Of a DNA stretch of 64,000 bases, positions 25,959-35,776 are shown one piece after another. Origin of the DNA: Dehalococcoidia bacterium. Lineage in GTDB: Bacteria > Chloroflexota > Dehalococcoidia > Lucifugimonadales > UBA3495. The stretch spans positions 80,691 to 144,690 of the forward strand of contig CBDBGS010000003.1 in NCBI GenBank assembly GCA_965205385.1. Direction: 5' to 3'. How positions within the stretch are numbered: the stretch's first letter is position 1; every line of letters starts with the position of its first letter. The notes under the pieces were generated by a model that was given only the letters and a program-made list of their open reading frames with translations, was not told where the DNA came from and did no database searches. A program made the position numbers and the translations under genes.

Positions 25959-26819
25959 ATGAACCTGACCGACCGAAGAGAGAGATACCGGGCTATTCTG
26001 GCCGGGGACAAGTGCGTCCACCCGGCTTCGGTGTTTGACCCTATATCGGCGCGGGTGGCCGAGGACCTGGGATTTGAAGTCGGCATGTTGGCGGGTTCCA
26101 TCGCCTCGTTTACTGTGCTGGGCGCTCCCGACATCATCGTGTTGACTCTCACCGAATTCGCCCAGCAAATTCACCGCATCTGCCGCGCCGGTAACCTGAG
26201 TTTGATGGTGGATGCCGACCATGGTTACGGCAACGCCTTCAACGTCAAGCGAACAGTTGAAGAGCTGGAGAGCGCCGGCGTATCGGCGCTGACCATCGAG
26301 GATACCGATCTCCCCCGTCCCTTCGGCAGCGGCGGCGCCGCTCTGATCTCCATTGAAGAGGGCGTGGGCAAGATGAAAGCGGCCTTGGCGGGCAGGCAGG
26401 ACCCGTCCCTGGTTATCGCCGGGCGCACCAGCGCGGCGCAGATCGTGGGAGTGGAAGAAGCCATACGCCGCACCAACGCCTATGCGGCGGTTGGCGTGGA
26501 CGCCATGTTCCTGGCCGGAGTTAGCACTCGCGCCCAACTGGAGCAAATCCACGCCGAGACCGACATCCCCCTGATAGCCGGAGGTGGCGGCGGAGAGTTG
26601 GCGGACTTGGACTTACTGGCGGCCAACGGGGTTCGTGTGGCCCTGCAAGGTCACCTGTCCTTCCAGGCTTCGGTCAAGGCGGTATACGATACGCTAAAGG
26701 CACTGCGAGAGGGCGTATCACCCGCCGACCTGCGTGACACACTGGCCTCCCCGGACCTAATGAACCAGGTTACCCGGCAGGCCGACTACAACAGCTGGAC
26801 CGAGGAATTCCTCAAGTAA
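25959..26819 (+). CDS. PEP mutase/isocitrate lyase superfamily protein (oxaloacetate decarboxylase PA4872-like)
   Basis: ...HPASVFDPISARVAEDLGFEVGMLAGS...VDADHGYGNAFNVKRTVEELESAGVSALTIEDT... AAGAGGAG precedes ATG 25959. Confidence 0.75.
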   Translation: MNLTDRRERYRAILAGDKCVHPASVFDPISARVAEDLGFEVGMLAGSIASFTVLGAPDIIVLTLTEFAQQIHRICRAGNLSLMVDADHGYGNAFNVKRTVEELESAGVSALTIEDTDLPRPFGSGGAALISIEEGVGKMKAALAGRQDPSLVIAGRTSAAQIVGVEEAIRRTNAYAAVGVDAMFLAGVSTRAQLEQIHAETDIPLIAGGGGGELADLDLLAANGVRVALQGHLSFQASVKAVYDTLKALREGVSPADLRDTLASPDLMNQVTRQADYNSWTEEFLK

Positions 26820-26858
26820 GTTTTCCCCGTCGTTCCGGACTTGCGCCGGAACGACGGG

Positions 26859-27716
26859 CTAAGCGGCAAGCCCGTAGAAGAAGTCGGGGGATACCTCTTC
26901 CCCCGGCTGGACCGCCGGAATTTCCCTGATGTAGAATTCCCGGCCCAGAACGGTCATGGCAACTTCCCTGGGTACGCGGTGGTAGGGCCAGTCCGCCGCC
27001 ACCTGGGTGCGGTGGCAAAGGATACACGCCATCTTGGTTTCCAGTTGCTCGTCTAGGTGCATTTCCAGATGGATGTCTTCGAGGGAAACTCCCTCGTTGG
27101 CCCTCTCCGGCGAGGGCAACGGGAAGTCGATTCCCGCCGAGCGCACCGCCTGGGCCCACTCCATTCTGAAACCTTTGGGCCGACAGCTATAGAAGAGCCG
27201 GTCCGGCTGGTGCGGAGTCACACCGTGGGCCAACTGGCCGGGAAAACACCCTGGATCGGCGGCGCGTTGAAAAGCCTCGGTCGTTTGATGGCAGATGGCG
27301 ATGTGGTCGGGATGCCCATAGAGGCCGTCCCTTCCGAAGGTCAACACCACCTGGGGGCGGAACCGGCGTATTTCCTCGACCAGTTGCTCCACCACCTCTT
27401 CCGCGGGGATATTGATGTACGCCAGCGGGTCGGCGTTGGCGTCTGTGCCGGCCATTCCCGAGTCCCGGTAGCGCAAGACCCGGTGCGCGGCGAGTCCCAG
27501 GGCGCGGACAGCGCAGGAAAGCTCGGTCCTGCGGATCTGTCCCAGGGTCTCCCGGGTGGCCGCGCCCTCCTGCCTGATCTCCCCCTCTTCCCCGGATGTA
27601 GCGGTCACCAGGCGCACCTCGACGCCCCGGGAGGCGTGGGCCGCCAATGCGCCGCCAACGGGAAAGGCTTCATCGTCGGGGTGGGCGAAGCATACCAACA
27701 AGCGTTGCCCTGCCAT
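26859..27716 (-). CDS. PIG-L/LmbE-family deacetylase
   Basis: LLVCFAHPDDEAF and HPDHIA motifs. Confidence 0.8.
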   Translation of the reverse strand: MAGQRLLVCFAHPDDEAFPVGGALAAHASRGVEVRLVTATSGEEGEIRQEGAATRETLGQIRRTELSCAVRALGLAAHRVLRYRDSGMAGTDANADPLAYINIPAEEVVEQLVEEIRRFRPQVVLTFGRDGLYGHPDHIAICHQTTEAFQRAADPGCFPGQLAHGVTPHQPDRLFYSCRPKGFRMEWAQAVRSAGIDFPLPSPERANEGVSLEDIHLEMHLDEQLETKMACILCHRTQVAADWPYHRVPREVAMTVLGREFYIREIPAVQPGEEVSPDFFYGLAA

Positions 27717-27783
27717 ACGGCCTCCTAGGATGTCAGCGGATATCCGGGTATATCCAGGAATATCCGGCTGTATCGTTGATCGT

Positions 27784-29412
27784 CTACCACGCTGCGGCCT
27801 GGCCGTCGCCGCGGGGGTCGGACGCTCCCATCAGGACTCCCCGTTCCTGGTCCAATACGATGAGCTGGACCTTGCCATCGTAGACTCCAGGACGCCGCCG
27901 GGCGACCTTGTGCCCCCGGGCTTCCAGACCAGCGATAGCCTCTTCCGGCATTCCCGGCTCCACCCGTAGTTCAATGGGAGTCCCGATTGTGGCGGGGTCG
28001 GTGCCGGGGAAGCTCCACCAGCGAGGGGCTTCCACTGCCTGCTGAGGGTTTATGCCGAAGTCGATCAGGTTGGTTAGGATTTGCACTCCGCATTGGGGCT
28101 GATAGTCGCCGCCGGGGGTGCCGCCGACTATGGCAGGCAGGCCGTTCCTGGTAGTTAGGTAGCAATTGAGGGTGTGCATGGTGCGCTTGCCGGGTGCGAT
28201 GGCATTGGGATGACCTGGTCTCAGGCTGAAACCCCTGCCCGCCCGGTTGTTGAACAGCACGCCGGTGCCGGGCGCCACAAACCCTGAACCGAACCCGTTG
28301 GAGAGGCTGTGGATCCAGGAGACGCAGTTGCCCGCTCCGTCGGCGACACAGAAATAGGTCGTGTCACCGTCGCCGTCCACCGGGAGTAGCTGGCGTTCGA
28401 TGGCCGAGGCGCGACTCAGGTCGATCTCCCCGCGCTTACCGTCGGCGTAGCCCTTGGATATAAGCTCGTGAAGGGGCCATTCAATGAATTTCGGGTCTCC
28501 CGCCAGGCGGTTGCGGTCGTCGTAGGCGATCTTCTTGGCTTCGACCATCAGATGGATGGCGTCGGCGGAGTTATGTCCCATCGGGGCCACGTCAAACCCT
28601 TCGATCAGGTTTAGCATTTCAAGGGTTATCAGGCCCTGGGAAGGGGGACGGGTCTGGTACACAGTGTGGTCCCGGTACGTGGTGGCAATCGGATCGTAGA
28701 TTTCCGCCTGGTGTCCGGCGAAGTCGTCGAGAGAGAACACTCCGCCCGCGTCGTTCAACCCCTGGACCATCTCCCCGGCCAGCCCGCCCCGGTAGAACTC
28801 ATCCGCGCCCCCTTCGATTACCCGGTTGAGGCTGCGCGCCAGGTCAAGATTGGCCAGCATGTCCCCCTCGGCGGGGGGACGGCCATCCTGGAAATACACG
28901 GAAGTGGTGGAGGGGAACCGGGCGAGCTTATTGAGGCTGCCCTTGAAGCCTCGTCCTATTCCCGGAGGCAGCGGAAATCCTTCGTGGGCGTAACCGATGG
29001 CCGTGTCCAATAGCTGGCCGAATGGCCTGGTGCAAAACCGCTGATGAAACAGCTCCCATGCCGCGACTTCGCCCGGCACGGAGACGGCGTGAGGGCCTTC
29101 CAGGGGCATTTCGCTGAATCCCTTGCCGTGGTAATAGTCTAGCGTGGCTCCCGCGGCGGCGGCTCCGCTGCTATTTATCCCGGTGACCTGGCCTGTGGCG
29201 GCTTCATAGACAACGATGAATGAGTCTCCGCCCATGCCACACGAGGGGATAATGGTAACGGCCTCGGTCGCGGCCACCGCGAGGGCGGCATCGAAGGCGT
29301 TCCCGCCATCCTGGAGTACCTTGATCCCCGCTGAGGCTGCCAGCGGAGAGTTGGAGCACACCATTCCGCGGTTTCCGTAGACTAATTCTCTCGAAAGTCT
29401 GTCGTTCGTCAT
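27784..29412 (-). CDS. ggt: gamma-glutamyltransferase
   Basis: 542 aa, with the autoprocessing/nucleophile region GDTTYFCVAD and C-terminal GGTPGGDYQPQ. Confidence 0.85.
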   Translation of the reverse strand: MTNDRLSRELVYGNRGMVCSNSPLAASAGIKVLQDGGNAFDAALAVAATEAVTIIPSCGMGGDSFIVVYEAATGQVTGINSSGAAAAGATLDYYHGKGFSEMPLEGPHAVSVPGEVAAWELFHQRFCTRPFGQLLDTAIGYAHEGFPLPPGIGRGFKGSLNKLARFPSTTSVYFQDGRPPAEGDMLANLDLARSLNRVIEGGADEFYRGGLAGEMVQGLNDAGGVFSLDDFAGHQAEIYDPIATTYRDHTVYQTRPPSQGLITLEMLNLIEGFDVAPMGHNSADAIHLMVEAKKIAYDDRNRLAGDPKFIEWPLHELISKGYADGKRGEIDLSRASAIERQLLPVDGDGDTTYFCVADGAGNCVSWIHSLSNGFGSGFVAPGTGVLFNNRAGRGFSLRPGHPNAIAPGKRTMHTLNCYLTTRNGLPAIVGGTPGGDYQPQCGVQILTNLIDFGINPQQAVEAPRWWSFPGTDPATIGTPIELRVEPGMPEEAIAGLEARGHKVARRRPGVYDGKVQLIVLDQERGVLMGASDPRGDGQAAAW

Positions 29413-29543
29413 GGCCTCTCGTCAATCCAGTCGGTTATGGCCGCACGCCAAGTCTAGGGCCAGTTTACGGGGGCCGTTTCTATGCGTCAATGGCGGAGCG
29501 CGGCGCGGCGACAGCGTCATGGAGGCACGAAAAACAGCTTCAA

Positions 29544-29572
29544 TTGACAGCCCGTTTTGCTACCCATACAAT
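29544..29572 (+). promoter_or_regulatory. sigma70-like promoter candidate TTGACA-N17-TACAAT
   Basis: Hexamers at 29544-29549 and 29567-29572, about 50 bp upstream of the LigB-like gene. Confidence 0.5.
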
Positions 29573-29624
29573 CCAGCAAATAGGCGCAATCTGGCTTTGA
29601 GAATAGAGCTGGTAGGAGGACACA

Positions 29625-30596
29625 ATGGCTGAACTATTGGGGCTAGGCTGCTCCCACGGCCCGATCATACTTACTCCTCCCGAGGTGTGGTCCAAGGGCC
29701 GGGAACGGGTATTCGCCAGAATACCGGACTACGAAGGCCCCGCTCAATTGCTGGAAGAATTGGGGCAGGACAACGGGCTGAGCCAGGACATAAGCGACCA
29801 GAAGAAGGTGATCGAGTCCTTCCGGGTGCTCCGGGAAAAGCTGCACGAGTGGAATCCGGATGTCCTGATGGTCATCGGTGACGACCAGGCGGAGAACTTC
29901 CTGCAAGATAATCTGCCGCCCTTCTGCCTCTACACAGGCGCGGAAGTGGATGGGTATCCGTTCCAACGGGGAGCGGCCCGCACCAACCTTTGGGACGCGG
30001 AACCTGAGACCAAGTTTTCTTTTAACTGCCCGAAAGAGTTCTCCAGAGACATGCGGAATTACCTGATCCGGGACGGCTTCGACATGTCCTCCTCCAGCTC
30101 CCTCAAAGGTTGGGACTGGGGATTGGCCCACGCCATCATCAACCCGTTGGTGTTCCTGGACCCTGACGGCAAGTTCCCACTTTTGCCCCTGTTCGTCAAC
30201 TGTTATGGCGAGGAAGCGGGGCCGGACTACCCTCCCCGCCCAACGCCCAGGCGGTGCTACGAGCTGGGCCAGGGGATTCGCCGGTTCCTGGACACCAGGG
30301 ACGAACGTGTGGCGGTGGTAGCCTCGTCCAGTTGGTCCCATAGCTTCTTGGCGCACAAATTCCAGTGCCGCTCAATCGACATCGAGACTGACCGGCGCAA
30401 TCTTGAGTTGGTGCGGACCGGCCAGGGCAGCAAGCTGGCTGAACTTTCCCCAGAGGAGATCCAGGAGTCGGGTGACCACGAAATTCTCAATTGGGTGATT
30501 GCCCTGGGTATCCTCGGAGACGTTCCCGCGGAGATCGTCGATGTCCGGGAGTCCCATACTCAACTGGCGTACCGTATCGCCGCTATTTGGAACTAA
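29625..30596 (+). CDS. class III extradiol dioxygenase (LigB-family) protein
   Basis: N-terminal LGLGCSHGP, ...VIGDDQAENF..., ...VVASSSWSHSF... follow the LigB-subunit pattern. Confidence 0.6.
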   Translation: MAELLGLGCSHGPIILTPPEVWSKGRERVFARIPDYEGPAQLLEELGQDNGLSQDISDQKKVIESFRVLREKLHEWNPDVLMVIGDDQAENFLQDNLPPFCLYTGAEVDGYPFQRGAARTNLWDAEPETKFSFNCPKEFSRDMRNYLIRDGFDMSSSSSLKGWDWGLAHAIINPLVFLDPDGKFPLLPLFVNCYGEEAGPDYPPRPTPRRCYELGQGIRRFLDTRDERVAVVASSSWSHSFLAHKFQCRSIDIETDRRNLELVRTGQGSKLAELSPEEIQESGDHEILNWVIALGILGDVPAEIVDVRESHTQLAYRIAAIWN

Positions 30597-30635
30597 GGTC
30601 CGGGCTGGGCCTCGCGCCCGGAAGGGAGAAAACCA

Positions 30636-31718
30636 ATGCATCTTGGCTTGATTATGGAATGCGACTACCGGTACGGCTCCACGCTGCAGGACTCCTTCGA
30701 AGAGGCCTTTAATCTTGTGGATGCCGCCGAGCGCGGGGAACTGGATGGGGTCTGGTTGGCCGAACGCCACTTCGCCGCGCCCCGGAACCCGTTGGATGAT
30801 GCGGGCGCGGGAATTCCTTCCGTGGTGTCGGCCCCGCTGATTTGGGCGAGTGCCATCGCCGCCCGCACCGAGCATCTGCGCATCGGTGTAGCGGTAAACG
30901 TCCTCCCATTGAACCATCCCATACGCATGGCCGAAGAGGTTGCCACCGTCGACCAGGTCAGCAAGGGGCGGTTCGACTTCGGTGTGGGCCGCAGCGGTTT
31001 TGCCCGGTCATACGAAGGGTATGGAATCCCGTACGGCGAGAGCCGGGAGCGGTTCCAAGAGTGTCTGGACGTGATCCTGGCCGCCTGGTCCAACGAGAGG
31101 TTTTCCCACCAGGGGAAGTATTATACGTTTGACAACGTGTGCGTGCTGCCCAAGCCCTACCAGCAGCCCTACCCTCCAGTCCGCATTGCCGCCACCACCA
31201 AGGAGACTTTCCCCAGGGTTGGGGCACAGGGTCACAACATCTTCGTGGGCTTGCGCGGCATGGACCGGCCTGACCTGGTAAAGGCGCTGGGAGAATATCA
31301 GCAGGCGTGGAGCGACTCGGGTCACGAGGGCAAAGGCGACGTCTTGCTGCGTATTCCGGTTTACGTGGCGGAGTCCGACCAGATGGCACTGGAAGAGGCG
31401 GAAGCCAGCACGATGCGTTCCTACCGCCGCATGGCGCAGAACTTTGCGGCTTCGGCGGCCGTATCCGGCGCCACTGCCGACGAAGAAAGGGCCGAACGGG
31501 GACAGCGGTTGGCGGCAATCACCTACCAGGACCTTTTGAAGGACAGGCTGGCCTACGGAAGCCCGGAGTCGGTCTCTCAGCAACTACAGGCCATCCAGGA
31601 AGAGTTGCAGCTCTCCGGGTTCATTTGCGAGATGAACGTGGGAGGGTTGGTGCCCAGGGAGCGGGTCTTGAACTCGGTGGAGCTGTTCGCTAAAGAGGTC
31701 GCGCCCTCCCTGCGTTAA
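30636..31718 (+). CDS. LLM-class (luciferase-like) flavin/F420-dependent oxidoreductase
   Basis: ...LDGVWLAERHF...RIGVAVNVLPLNHPIRMAEEVATVDQVSKGRFDFGVGRS... Confidence 0.85.
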   Translation: MHLGLIMECDYRYGSTLQDSFEEAFNLVDAAERGELDGVWLAERHFAAPRNPLDDAGAGIPSVVSAPLIWASAIAARTEHLRIGVAVNVLPLNHPIRMAEEVATVDQVSKGRFDFGVGRSGFARSYEGYGIPYGESRERFQECLDVILAAWSNERFSHQGKYYTFDNVCVLPKPYQQPYPPVRIAATTKETFPRVGAQGHNIFVGLRGMDRPDLVKALGEYQQAWSDSGHEGKGDVLLRIPVYVAESDQMALEEAEASTMRSYRRMAQNFAASAAVSGATADEERAERGQRLAAITYQDLLKDRLAYGSPESVSQQLQAIQEELQLSGFICEMNVGGLVPRERVLNSVELFAKEVAPSLR

Positions 31719-32476
31719 TCGGTGGCAAGCGGCTGGGCACTGGACAAAATTAGCCGTTTTATGGCCACGGCTACCCCGTCTTCGTCCGCCGTGGGGACTA
31801 TATGGTCTGCCACGGCGGCAACCGCTGGCGGTGCGTTACCCATCGCCACCGCCAAGCCGCAGTACTCCAGCAGCGGTATGTCGTTGTAGCTGTCCCCAAT
31901 TGCCGCGATTTCGTGTCCCTCTACTCCCAGCATACCTGCCACACGGCGGGCTGCTGTCCCTTTATCGACGCCTCGGGGCGTGATGTCCACCGCCCAGAGG
32001 TCTTCGTCTGGTAGGTATGACTTGTTGGTCTCGACCCAACACGAGACCGCCAGTCGTGCCGCGAGGGCATCGGCCGAGTCTTCAATAAACCCCAGGGCCG
32101 AGACCCGAGTGATGTTCCAGTCGGGTAGTTCGCTCACGTGCCTGCCGGAGCCGCCCGGATAGGTGGCGTGAAACCGTGTGTCGGTCCTGGCGAATTCCGT
32201 GATCATGGCCCTGGCGTCGTGGGCAGGCTGTGAGGCGGACCAGAGGAATTCACCGGTCACCGGGTCGAGAATCACAGCTCCGCCGTCCCCGATCTGCGGT
32301 GTTCTTAGCCCCAATTGCCGGGCATAGTAGATAACGTGCGAGGGTTCACGCCCGGTGGCGATGGACACCCACATCTTTTTGGAGACTTCGGCTGCCGTTC
32401 GTTGAACTCTAGCGGAGATGCCTCCGGTGTGGTTGATCAAAGTCCCGTCAAGGTCCAAATACAGAGCGCGAATCAA
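31715..32476 (-). CDS. Cof-type HAD-IIB hydrolase
   Basis: YLDLDGTLIN and GDSYNDIPLLEYCGLAVAMGNA motifs. TTG 32476 with GGGAGG 5 nt upstream is preferred over ATG 32503, which directly abuts a terminator U-tract. Confidence 0.8.
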   Translation of the reverse strand: MIRALYLDLDGTLINHTGGISARVQRTAAEVSKKMWVSIATGREPSHVIYYARQLGLRTPQIGDGGAVILDPVTGEFLWSASQPAHDARAMITEFARTDTRFHATYPGGSGRHVSELPDWNITRVSALGFIEDSADALAARLAVSCWVETNKSYLPDEDLWAVDITPRGVDKGTAARRVAGMLGVEGHEIAAIGDSYNDIPLLEYCGLAVAMGNAPPAVAAVADHIVPTADEDGVAVAIKRLILSSAQPLATD

Positions 32477-32505
32477 GCTCGCCTCCCACCGTTTTGAAGA
32501 CATGA

Positions 32506-32535
32506 AAAAGGGACCGGTATGTTCCGGTCCCTTTT
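32506..32535 (-). terminator. rho-independent terminator of the VOC gene
   Basis: AAAAGGGACCGG / CCGGTCCCTTTT is a perfect 12-bp inverted repeat. On the minus strand the GC stem is followed by TTTTT. Confidence 0.65.
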
Positions 32536-32566
32536 AGAAAGGCCAGGTTTCTGCGAGTAAGGGGGT

Positions 32567-33016
32567 CTAGCTGAAGACTAGCTCGGCGTTCTTCCGCCCA
32601 GGGCGTCGCATCTCGTCCAAGCCTTCCTCCGCGGTCTCGAAGGAGTTGCAGAAGAGCTCGATGCCGTTGCCGTCCGGGTCTTTGATGTAGATACTCTTCG
32701 TCATGCTGTGGTCGGTGGTGCGCATCTCCGCGCCCATCGCCGTGAGCTTGTGATAGTACTGGGTGAGCATGTCGAAGTCTTCCACCTGGAGGGCCATGTG
32801 GTTCAAGCCCAATGCACCTTCCTTGATTGGCTCGGCGTCGGGGGCGGCCTGGAAGAGGGCCAGGTCGTGGTGAATCCTACCGCATGTTAGGAACGTGCCG
32901 AACCCAGGCCGCTCAACGGCGATCTCGAAGCCCAATACTTCAGTGTAGAACTTGGTGGATGCGTCCTGGTCCTTGACGTTGATAACCAGATGTCCCACTC
33001 GCTTCGGTTGGACCAT
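32567..33016 (-). CDS. VOC-family protein (glyoxalase/extradiol-dioxygenase fold)
   Basis: 149 aa. VGHLVINVKD...FYTEVLGFE...LNHMALQVED... is a typical paired beta-alpha-beta-beta-beta module. Confidence 0.8.
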   Translation of the reverse strand: MVQPKRVGHLVINVKDQDASTKFYTEVLGFEIAVERPGFGTFLTCGRIHHDLALFQAAPDAEPIKEGALGLNHMALQVEDFDMLTQYYHKLTAMGAEMRTTDHSMTKSIYIKDPDGNGIELFCNSFETAEEGLDEMRRPGRKNAELVFS

Positions 33017-33234
33017 TGTCTAATCCTCCTGCAAATTCAGGCGATTACCAGCCTGGTGGTCGGGCCTCACCCATATTGTCAATAATATACTCGGTTTGAA
33101 GTAATCTGCCAAGATTGGGTATGGCGCGCAGGCGGATTTTTGTGGATTGGTTACCCTGTGCGCTAACCGTGTGGTGTGGTATCGTTACGTAAATCAGCTG
33201 ATGGGTGCACCGTCGCCTAAGGAGGAGATTCGTT

Positions 33235-34335
33235 ATGATGGGACGAGTGGTGGTTCTCAAAGAGTACGGAAAGCCCTTTGAAATCGAAGAGTACGAGGTT
33301 CCTGACCCCGAACCGGGAGCGGTTATCTTACGCATGACCCAGGCGGGGATTTGCGGGTCCGACCTCCACACATGGCGGGGTGACCAGATCAACAATCCGT
33401 TGCCGCCCACAGGCCGGTTGATGGGCCACGAGGGCACGGGCGTAGTCGAGCGGCTGGGTGAAGGTGTCTTGACAGACACTTTGGGAGTGCCAATAGAAGA
33501 AGGAGACCGCATCGTCTACTCGGCGGTCTTTCCCTGCTATCACTGTCACCTATGCCTGAAAGGCGACACCAACTGGTGTGTCAACCGGGGTGGAGCGGGG
33601 GCCGGGACCTGGCCGTATTTCAGGGCGACCTACGCCGACTACTTGTATCTGCCGCCGCGACACCCGTTGTTCCGGGTGCCCGACGTGCTGCCTGACGACA
33701 TCCTGGGGCCGGTCAACTGCGCTATGGGCACCGTTACCACCGGGTTGATGCGCGCCGGAGCAAGGGAAGGCCACAACGTGGTTATCCAAGGCGCGGGCGG
33801 TTTGGGGCTGAACGCCACGGCCATGGCCAAGGATATGGGCGCTGACAGGGTAATCGTCCTGGACCGTTTAGAGAACCGCCTGGAGCTGGCCGAGGAGTTT
33901 GGAGCGGACTACACGATTAACATCGAGGAATTCAACACGGTTGAGATGCGTGTCCAGCGGGTGAAGGAACTCACGGGCGGCCGCGGCGCGGACACGGTAA
34001 TGGAGCTGGTGGGCCGGGCCGAGCTTTTGGCCGAGGGGATAGACATGCTCAGCAACGGCGGGACATTCGTGGAGATCGGCGACATCGTCCGAGGCCGTGA
34101 AGTGTCCATCGACCCATCGAAGTTGCTGCCGGGGAAGAACATCGTTGGATCATTGATGTACCGCCCCGACCTGTTGCCGACTCTGCTCAACTTCCTGGTA
34201 CGCAACCTGGATAAGCTGCCCTTTGACAAAGTCGTTTCCCACAAGTTCCCGCTGGCCGACATCAACGAAGCCTTCCCCCAAGCCGAGTGGGACCAGCGCC
34301 AAACCACGGTTACGCGGGCCATGCTGGTGCCGTAG
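33235..34335 (+). CDS. Zn-dependent alcohol dehydrogenase family protein
   Basis: ICGSDLH...GHEGTG zinc motif, structural-zinc Cys cluster (CYHCHLCLKGDTNWC), GAGGLG. AGGAGG precedes ATG 33235. Confidence 0.85.
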   Translation: MMGRVVVLKEYGKPFEIEEYEVPDPEPGAVILRMTQAGICGSDLHTWRGDQINNPLPPTGRLMGHEGTGVVERLGEGVLTDTLGVPIEEGDRIVYSAVFPCYHCHLCLKGDTNWCVNRGGAGAGTWPYFRATYADYLYLPPRHPLFRVPDVLPDDILGPVNCAMGTVTTGLMRAGAREGHNVVIQGAGGLGLNATAMAKDMGADRVIVLDRLENRLELAEEFGADYTINIEEFNTVEMRVQRVKELTGGRGADTVMELVGRAELLAEGIDMLSNGGTFVEIGDIVRGREVSIDPSKLLPGKNIVGSLMYRPDLLPTLLNFLVRNLDKLPFDKVVSHKFPLADINEAFPQAEWDQRQTTVTRAMLVP

Positions 34336-34423
34336 GGGTGGTCATAGACAACAATCTATCTTAGCTCCGAGCGCAACGTGGCCGGGGAGGAACTTCCTTC
34401 CCCGGAAGAAGGAGATCACTGCC

Positions 34424-35494
34424 ATGAAATTCGGCCTGATGTATGAGATTCAGATACCGGAACCGCATTACCCGGGGGTGGAGCAGGAGCGGTACAAGCA
34501 GGTTTTGGCCCAGGTGGACCTGGCGGACGAGGTTGGTTTCGATTACTTCTGGACGGTTGAACACCATTTTCTACGGGAGTTTTCCCACTGCTCCGCGCCC
34601 GAGGTGCTCTACGGGGCAATATCACAACGCACCAAGCGGATCCGCATCGGCCATGCGGTGGCGCTGCTGCCGGGCCAGTACAACCACCCCGTTAGGGTGG
34701 CGGAACGGGCCGCGGTGCTGGATATCCTGAGCGATGGACGCATGGACCTGGGCACGGGCCGGTCGACGACGCTCATCGAGATGGACGGCTTTGAGGTAGA
34801 CCCGGAGCAAACCAGGGCCCAGTGGCGGGAAGCCATTGGCATGATTCCCAAGATGTGGACGGAGGACCGCTTCTCCCACCAGGGAGAGTTCTTTAACATC
34901 CCGGAACGGTCGGTGATCCCTAAGCCGGTGCAGCAACCTCATCCTCCGATGTGGGTGGCGTGCAGCCAACCCGACTCCTTCCGCCAAGCAGGGGAATTGG
35001 GGCTGGGCGTGCTGTGCTTCAACCTGGGCGGCTACGCACAGATGGAGGAACGGGTCGCCGCCTATCGGGAAGCGATTAAGACCGCCAACCCTGTCGGCAA
35101 GTTCGTCAACAACCAGGTTGCCGCGCTTTGCATCGTGCATTGCGGGGAAGACGACGAGGAAGCCCGCCGCGTCGGCGGCCAGGAAGGGGCCTGGTTCGTG
35201 CAGCAGGCGGAAAATTTGTATGCGCCGTGGGCGGGACGCCAGGTGCCCGATTCCTACAAGTTTGCGGTTGACGCCGTGCAGACCGAGCGCGCGGACAAGA
35301 CCGTCGAGGACCACATTGCGTCAGGGGCATTCGCCATGGGCAACCCGGATACGGTCATCGAAGTGATGAAGAAATACCAGGAAGTGGGTGTGGACCAGGT
35401 ATTGTGTTTCGTTCAGCCCGGAAGGTTGGAGCACACGCGGATCATGGATTCAATCAAGCTGATGGGCCGCCACGTGATCCCCTACTTCAGGTAG
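34424..35494 (+). CDS. LLM-class flavin/F420-dependent oxidoreductase
   Basis: MKFGLMYEIQ...FDYFWTVEHHF...RIGHAVALLP... AAGGAG precedes ATG 34424. Confidence 0.85.
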   Translation: MKFGLMYEIQIPEPHYPGVEQERYKQVLAQVDLADEVGFDYFWTVEHHFLREFSHCSAPEVLYGAISQRTKRIRIGHAVALLPGQYNHPVRVAERAAVLDILSDGRMDLGTGRSTTLIEMDGFEVDPEQTRAQWREAIGMIPKMWTEDRFSHQGEFFNIPERSVIPKPVQQPHPPMWVACSQPDSFRQAGELGLGVLCFNLGGYAQMEERVAAYREAIKTANPVGKFVNNQVAALCIVHCGEDDEEARRVGGQEGAWFVQQAENLYAPWAGRQVPDSYKFAVDAVQTERADKTVEDHIASGAFAMGNPDTVIEVMKKYQEVGVDQVLCFVQPGRLEHTRIMDSIKLMGRHVIPYFR

Positions 35495-35522
35495 AGAAAT
35501 AAGGGACCTAGCCGCAAAATGC

Positions 35523-35552
35523 GAAACACCCCGGAGCGCTCCGGGGTGTTTC
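35523..35552. terminator. bidirectional hairpin between convergent genes
   Basis: GAAACACCCCGGAG cg CTCCGGGGTGTTTC, a perfect 14-bp inverted repeat. Confidence 0.6.
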
Positions 35553-35580
35553 TCTTATCAGTGTATCCGGAGCAGAAGCG

Positions 35581-35724
35581 CTAGTCTGAAGAGGGCAATT
35601 TGCGTGGTTGTTGCAGCTCCATCTCGCCCTCGCAGCAATTCACGACTCCTTCGCCGCCCTTGGTGCACAGAACGCTGCTGCCGCAGGTGCCGCACACATA
35701 ACGCTTGCCTAACTCGTTCGCCAT
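35581..35724 (-). CDS. desulforedoxin-like mini-protein (47 aa)
   Basis: MANELGKRYVCGTCGSSVLCTKGGEGVVNCCEGEM... has the C-x2-C-x15-CC spacing of desulforedoxin. AGGAGG precedes ATG 35724. Confidence 0.65.
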   Translation of the reverse strand: MANELGKRYVCGTCGSSVLCTKGGEGVVNCCEGEMELQQPRKLPSSD

Positions 35725-35776
35725 TGGAGGGTCCTCCTTTGGACCAAGTCTCAGGACTTGGGTAATTTTGCGGTTG

